Shown here: positions 17,307 to 22,243 of the stretch, piece after piece
Layout of the letters: each line of letters opens with the position of its first letter
Numbering within the stretch: position 1 is the stretch's first letter
DNA from: an uncultured archaeon
Lineage (GTDB): Archaea; Asgardarchaeota; Lokiarchaeia; Sigyniarchaeales; SOKP01
DNA: 22,243 nucleotides
NCBI GenBank assembly: GCA_964447495.1
Contig: CAYUTF010000034.1
Span: 1 to 22,243, forward strand
Direction of reading: 5' to 3'
The notes under the pieces: model-generated
The model's database searches: none
What the model saw: only the letters and a program-made list of their open reading frames with translations
What the model was told of the DNA's origin: nothing
Program-made: the position numbers and the translations under genes

Positions 17307-18668
17307 TTATAATAAATCATTAATTTCTTTAAGATTCTTTTCCGATTTCTTTAAATCTGTTTTTAATTGACTTGTTCTTTTTTCATATGATTTTTGATCC
17401 ATTGAACCCGCTTGAAATTTCTTTTCGATAAAATCTAATAAACTTCTCATCGAATTTAGTTTACTTTCTAAAGAATCTCTTTCTGTTTTTAATTCCTTCT
17501 TCTTAAGCTTCTTTTTAGATTTTAATTTTGGGGTAAATTCTAAACTTTTTTCGTCTTCAATGCGGGGTAATCCAATAAAAGGTATATCTGCATCCTTCAA
17601 CAGACTTACTGGTTTAGGAGGTAAATCAGTAAGGCTTTTATCTGATTCTAAAAGCATATCAAAACTATTATCAGCAGTTTTTTCTACAACTTTAGGTATT
17701 GATTTTGGTGGCTTCAGTGTTGAAGGGTGAATTTCAATCATTTCATTATTAGATGCACTAGCAGTCTTTACTAATTTATCAATGGTGTTTTTTATGGTAG
17801 TAATTTGATTTTGGAATATCTTTAACAATTCAAACAATTCACTTTTCTGTGATATTCTCATTGAAAAATCGATATCAATTTTTCTTTTTTCATCTGGAAT
17901 TGTTTCAATTGGGCTAGAAACATAGTTATTAGGTTGACTTATTGGTTGAGTTACAACTTCAGGTATTTCTCCTTTGGATCTTAATTCCATTCTATAATCA
18001 GAGACCAACCACATAAAAATATTATACGCTAAAGTAGGATGATCATCAGTATTGAAACCGCCTCCAACATTATCCCTAAATAATTCATAGCTCCCAATTG
18101 CACATACTCTTCCGTTATCTGGCTGGGAAACACACATTAATGGAGTTGAGAATGGCTCTGAGGTCTCATTTGATGATGCTATAGAAAATGCATTTCCCAT
18201 TATAGTAAGAGAACAGCCGGATCTATAACATATCGAAGAAATTCCATTAGTAATAGGATGAGGCGGGATAAATGCAGTGATAATTGGTAAATTTTCCAAA
18301 CCTAAGTTTGAAGTCTCATCTAACACCTGATCATTCTCAAATAATATTCCAAATTGCTGACTCAATTCACTTAAATTACTATTACGCCCTCTATCGCCTC
18401 CTGCATGTGATAATAAAAATAGCCCCCCACCATCTTCCTCAACCCATTTATAAATTTCTGTGATCTCCATAGAAGATATCTTTGCAAAATCAGGACATAC
18501 AAATACTAAAATATCAAATGGTTTTAATGATTGTTGGGTTATAGGCGTTTCTAAGAAATTGTAACAAATAAAATCATTTGAATTTAGAAAATCTCTCAAT
18601 TCAATTAGATTCTCATCAATCTTCCCTCGAGGTTTGTGGGCTATATCAAAAGCAATAGTATATGGCAT
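17307..18668 (-). CDS. GIFT (GldG/IFT52)/DUF4350-like domain protein with Pro-rich linker and C-terminal coiled coil
   Basis: The N-terminal ~220 aa fit a class-I GATase-like fold (IAFDIAH, DILVFVCP, GGGLFLL, L..QFGI.FEND.V.D, HPITNGI, GRVCAIGS). The C-terminus is Lys-rich with heptad repeats. Confidence 0.7.
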   Translation of the reverse strand: MPYTIAFDIAHKPRGKIDENLIELRDFLNSNDFICYNFLETPITQQSLKPFDILVFVCPDFAKISSMEITEIYKWVEEDGGGLFLLSHAGGDRGRNSNLSELSQQFGILFENDQVLDETSNLGLENLPIITAFIPPHPITNGISSICYRSGCSLTIMGNAFSIASSNETSEPFSTPLMCVSQPDNGRVCAIGSYELFRDNVGGGFNTDDHPTLAYNIFMWLVSDYRMELRSKGEIPEVVTQPISQPNNYVSSPIETIPDEKRKIDIDFSMRISQKSELFELLKIFQNQITTIKNTIDKLVKTASASNNEMIEIHPSTLKPPKSIPKVVEKTADNSFDMLLESDKSLTDLPPKPVSLLKDADIPFIGLPRIEDEKSLEFTPKLKSKKKLKKKELKTERDSLESKLNSMRSLLDFIEKKFQAGSMDQKSYEKRTSQLKTDLKKSEKNLKEINDLL

Positions 18669-18787
18669 ATTTTTTCCTTAAAAATTTTTTATGATCTTTA
18701 TTTTTATAAATAACAATAATTATCTTCCTATAAATAAATTTCATATATACTAAAAAAAAATCTATTTTAAAATTATTTGAAGATTTA

Positions 18788-19885
18788 TCAGTAAATAGTT
18801 TTATCTCCTATTATCAAATTATCTTTACTTATATTTTCGACTCTTACATTATTCCCTATTATCGAATTTTCAGATATTAAATTTTTTAATATAACTTCTT
18901 GCTCAATTACACTATTTTCCAATATTGAATTCTCGATGTGAGAGTTCTCGCCGATTGAAACATAAGGTCCGATGACCGAATTAATAATTTTTGAATTTTT
19001 TCCGATATATACGGGATTTCTTATGAAGGATTTATCAATATTAATATTATTCTTTTGAAAATCCTCTTTTTTTGTTGATTCTTGTTGTAGTAAATATTTA
19101 TTTCCATTTAATAATTCAGAAGGTCTTCCAAAATCCAGAATCCCCTTTTTTAGATTAACCGCAGCAATTTTAAAACCGCTATCTACTAAATCTTGAAGAC
19201 TTTCTGTAAGATATATTTCTTTTGAGTCTTCTGTTCGCTTATCTAAATATTTTTTAATGTTTTTGAATAATGCTTGGGTTGCTGAATTAGAAAATGCATA
19301 AATTCCAGCAATCGCTAAATTTGAAATATACGTTTCAGGTTTTTCTATTAATTGCTGAATTATCGAATGTTCATCGACAGTGACTATTCCATAAGAGTTT
19401 GCATTTTCTTTAGGAACTTCCATTACGGTTATAATCCCATCCACGTTTGATTCAAAATATCTGTACATTATATAGGAATAATCATCAATAGGTATCATAT
19501 CTGCTAAAAATATTAAAGCTCCTTCCCTTTTATCTTCCTCTTTGTTTACATATTCACTTTGATTAAAATTTTGTTGAGCAAGATATACCGCTTCTCCTAA
19601 ACCCCAGAAATAAGGAATATCATCATTGTATCCACGCGGTTTTTGTTCTATAAAAGTTAATTTAAATGTGTTTTTATATTTCTCTTTTACAAACTCTGAA
19701 ATCTGTCGTTTTTTGTATCCTACAATCAAAATTAATTCTGTATCTGAATCAAAAGTATCACTAAACTTATTTAAAATATGTTCTAATACAGTCTTACCTG
19801 CAACTTGAATAAAGGTTTTTGGCTTACTTAAAGTAAACGGGCGTAATCTGGACCCTATTCCTGCACATGGCCCTATTATTTTCAC
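18788..19885 (-). CDS. Sugar-phosphate nucleotidyltransferase (glucose-1-phosphate thymidylyltransferase long-form-like)
   Basis: AGIGSRLRPFT..KPK, YGIV, EKP, SNLAIAGIY and DFG motifs, with a C-terminal left-handed beta-helix. GTG start. Confidence 0.92.
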   Translation of the reverse strand: MKIIGPCAGIGSRLRPFTLSKPKTFIQVAGKTVLEHILNKFSDTFDSDTELILIVGYKKRQISEFVKEKYKNTFKLTFIEQKPRGYNDDIPYFWGLGEAVYLAQQNFNQSEYVNKEEDKREGALIFLADMIPIDDYSYIMYRYFESNVDGIITVMEVPKENANSYGIVTVDEHSIIQQLIEKPETYISNLAIAGIYAFSNSATQALFKNIKKYLDKRTEDSKEIYLTESLQDLVDSGFKIAAVNLKKGILDFGRPSELLNGNKYLLQQESTKKEDFQKNNINIDKSFIRNPVYIGKNSKIINSVIGPYVSIGENSHIENSILENSVIEQEVILKNLISENSIIGNNVRVENISKDNLIIGDKTIY

Positions 19886-19916
19886 GCGGTTTTTGCTCTA
19901 TAAAAGTTAATTTAAA
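19633..19916. repeat. 34-bp direct repeat, 33/34 identical (19633-19666 and 19883-19916)
   Basis: CACGCGGTTTTTG[T/C]TCTATAAAAGTTAATTTAAA occurs twice, 250 bp apart. One copy is inside the CDS and the other spans its start codon and upstream DNA. Confidence 0.9.
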
Positions 19917-19988
19917 AGTATTATTACTTTTCTTTTAATAATTAATTGAATTACGTTAAATTACTTAAACTTTCATATAAAAATATCA

Positions 19989-20765
19989 TTAGTAAAAGGG
20001 AGATTTATCTGAATCAAATACTCTTTGTAGATAACCAAAGAGTAGATCAAGACCTTGTTTTTCTTTAGTTGTGCAAGGAATTAGTTCTGCTGTTGAACCC
20101 ATTTGTATAAACACATCAGAAATCAAAATTGATAATTCTCGAATAAGTCCACTTTCTCGTTCATTGGTAGAGTCCTCTAAAGCTTGAAAATCTTGACTCC
20201 AATTAACAATCATATCGATTTGATCTTCATCTAATAAGTCTGATTTTGTTAGAAGATTGATTTGAGAGATTTTTCTGAAACGAAACTGGACTGAGGCCGC
20301 TAATAATAAAGTAGAAATAAAACCATTAGGTCGAAGGACTAAATTTGAATCGAATAAAAAAGTAACTGCTCTTTGTACATCACCTATTCCCAATGAACTA
20401 GCAATTAAAGGTCCAGTTTCTCGAAATGCAAATAATTCAAGTTGACCCGCTGTATCGACTAAAACCCAGTCAGGATTAAAATCATCTATTTCTTCTTTAA
20501 TATCGTCTAAGAAATTAACCATCAAATCTGAAGCTAATATCATTGCTCCATTTGGTCCTAAGCCATATTTTGTCATAACTTCCTCAAGCACGATATAATC
20601 TCTTATATCAATGTCAGGAGTATAAGGAACGATTTTTACTCCAGGATCTAGATTTATGGTAATTACGGATATCTCAGGATCTCGATTTATCATATATTCT
20701 TTTAATTCACCGGTGAGAGTAGATTTACCACTACCAGCAGTGCCAATGAAATAATTAATTAATAT
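19989..20765 (-). CDS. GPN-loop GTPase (archaeal GPN/XAB1 family), probable ATA start
   Basis: INLDPG, YGLGPNGA, DTAGQLE and TKSD motifs. The Walker A FIGTAGSGKST is in frame upstream of the track's ATG (20693). The start at 20765 is inferred. Confidence 0.9.
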   Translation of the reverse strand: MLINYFIGTAGSGKSTLTGELKEYMINRDPEISVITINLDPGVKIVPYTPDIDIRDYIVLEEVMTKYGLGPNGAMILASDLMVNFLDDIKEEIDDFNPDWVLVDTAGQLELFAFRETGPLIASSLGIGDVQRAVTFLFDSNLVLRPNGFISTLLLAASVQFRFRKISQINLLTKSDLLDEDQIDMIVNWSQDFQALEDSTNERESGLIRELSILISDVFIQMGSTAELIPCTTKEKQGLDLLFGYLQRVFDSDKSPFY

Positions 20766-20854
20766 CTTCTTTTCCCTTCCTTCATTCTATTTTCGATATA
20801 TAAATTCTTCTAGTCTACTATAATTAAAGATTTATACTTAAACTATTTTAAGAA

Positions 20855-21835
20855 TTATTCTGGCTTTTTCAGATCACTTAGACTGATATTTTTATTTTCT
20901 TGTTTTTCAAGTCGTTTAATCTGGTTATTAATTGCCGCCTCTTCCTTTTTTCTCAAATCTTCCTCATTAAGTGTTAATGCTTTAAGTTCTTCTTCACTCA
21001 TTGGTTTCAAAATATCTTTTATACTAAAACCATTGTTTTTCTCGGTCACTTCCTTAAACTTGGACTTCATTTCTTTAATGACCAACATCTTTACGGATGA
21101 AACACTCGATTGAATCAAACTAGCTACTTTTTCAGAGGTTATTCTATTAATAGAGGGTCCGGGGATTCTTTGAGGAATTCCTTGAGGAGGTCCCATCGGA
21201 ACACTGTTTAATGGCATATTTTGTAAAGTGGTAGTGAGATTTTTTAAATGGGATTCAATATTTTTTAGAGTTTGATTACTTTCATTTATCATTGTGAGTA
21301 AGGATTGATCAACAGTATAACTTTCCACACTATTTTTTTCATAAACATAGGTCCTTTCTTCTTTATTTTTAGTGTAATCTTTTTTAACTTCTTGAAATAC
21401 TTTTTCTTTAGTGAAATTTTGATGCTGAGTTCGGTTTTTAGTTAAATCAATATATTGAAATCCAACATAACAATCTTCATTTATCCATATATCTGAAATA
21501 TTAAATTTTTCGGCGAATGAATACTCTATTCTTTGACCAGAATGCAGATAAATACTTAATTTCAATATCTTGAATTGTAAATCATCATAACCTTGAATCT
21601 CATCTAAATCAATAGAAAAGCTTAAGTACTCTTGAGAATGATAGATTTTCTTAACCGAGACTAAAGAAGGTGTTTGTCGAAAATAGAGTTGATCTGATAC
21701 GATTTTAGATATTTCAAATCGAAAACTAAGACGCTTAATTTTATCGGGAAGAAATAAAATTTGTTCTTCCTCATCTTTCTTGAATTCTAAAAAAAGTTTC
21801 TTCTGATCGTCCCAAAATAGTTGGAACAATTCCAT
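20855..21835 (-). CDS. Hypothetical protein with coiled-coil and Pro-rich segments
   Basis: 326-aa ORF with a beta-rich-looking N-terminus, a heptad segment, PMGPPQGIPQRIPGP and a charged helical C-terminus. Confidence 0.8.
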   Translation of the reverse strand: MELFQLFWDDQKKLFLEFKKDEEEQILFLPDKIKRLSFRFEISKIVSDQLYFRQTPSLVSVKKIYHSQEYLSFSIDLDEIQGYDDLQFKILKLSIYLHSGQRIEYSFAEKFNISDIWINEDCYVGFQYIDLTKNRTQHQNFTKEKVFQEVKKDYTKNKEERTYVYEKNSVESYTVDQSLLTMINESNQTLKNIESHLKNLTTTLQNMPLNSVPMGPPQGIPQRIPGPSINRITSEKVASLIQSSVSSVKMLVIKEMKSKFKEVTEKNNGFSIKDILKPMSEEELKALTLNEEDLRKKEEAAINNQIKRLEKQENKNISLSDLKKPE

Positions 21836-21962
21836 TTTAAAATTAAACCCTAATTATTGTAATTTATTTTCTATTTGATGTATCTAAGGTTAAATTTTTA
21901 ATATAACTTTAAAATATGGTGAGTTTATAGAATTATTAATTTATAGGAATGGCAGTATAGTC

Positions 21963-22243
21963 TTAATCTTTTAACCTTGAAAGATAATATATTGGTTTTT
22001 TTATTACTTGTTCAAAATACTCAATTTCTTCCTTGGAATGGTCACCTAAATAATTTTTTATATCAATAATAAGAATAGCGTCATGATTATGTAACTTTCT
22101 CAAAGCAATTTCCTGCAACTTTTCCCATTCCGCTTCCGAAAATAATTCCTTATTTAATAAACCATCAACAGAGCAAAAATATACTTGCTTTTTATAAATA
22201 ATTTGTAATATTGATTCTACTTTAATAAAATATTCTTTAAAGC
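21963..22243 (-). CDS. 3' part of a small nucleoside 2-deoxyribosyltransferase/DUF4406-like protein (partial)
   Basis: The frame from 22241 is open for 92 codons to TAA at 21965-21963: FKEYF...RKLHNHDAILIIDIKNYLGDHSKEEIEYF...KPILYLS. This resembles the RKI..AD.I.V....Y.G.ST..EIEY....K.V.Y pattern. Confidence 0.6.
   Translation of the reverse strand, partial: FKEYFIKVESILQIIYKKQVYFCSVDGLLNKELFSEAEWEKLQEIALRKLHNHDAILIIDIKNYLGDHSKEEIEYFEQVIKKPIYYLSRLKD

Noticed and set aside
20760-20785. Programmed -1 frameshift from ATG 20785 into the GPN frame
   Set aside because: GGGAAAA is not in X-XXY-YYZ phase with that ATG, and an ATA start already yields a normal-length N-terminus.
1-22243. CRISPR array, tRNA or rRNA genes
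   Set aside because: No regularly spaced repeats or GC-rich structured RNA segments seen by eye. A covariance-model scan was not run.

Overview
AT-rich archaeal window; the gene mix (GPN-loop GTPase, TrmB, Lrp, GGTGA/GAGG ribosome-binding sites, IFT52-like and eukaryote-type xylulokinase genes) suggests an Asgard archaeon, probably Lokiarchaeia (inference, no search run). The left half holds a split PEP-synthase/dikinase-like pair, divergent from a series of an unknown protein, an AttH/CrtC-like beta protein, an acyl-CoA ligase, two Fe-S proteins and an atypical M19 amidohydrolase. These are followed by Gfo/Idh/MocA and OYE-family oxidoreductases. The right half is mostly housekeeping: TrmB, xylulokinase, Lrp, SlyD, a DRE-TIM synthase, a GIFT-domain protein, a nucleotidyltransferase and a GPN GTPase. 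The best new signal is missing from the ORF track. It is a small minus-strand gene (12671->12465) encoding one transmembrane helix followed by GGGG-TGA-GC, with a eukaryote/Loki-type SECIS-like hairpin (AUGA...AAAAA...GA) 53 nt downstream, making it a candidate 68-aa membrane selenoprotein with SelK/SelS-like architecture. Also notable are two diverged relic copies of coding sequence sitting in intergenic DNA (4593-4682 and 19883-19916) and a GPN GTPase that apparently needs a non-canonical ATA start. All family calls come from motif recognition, not database searches.
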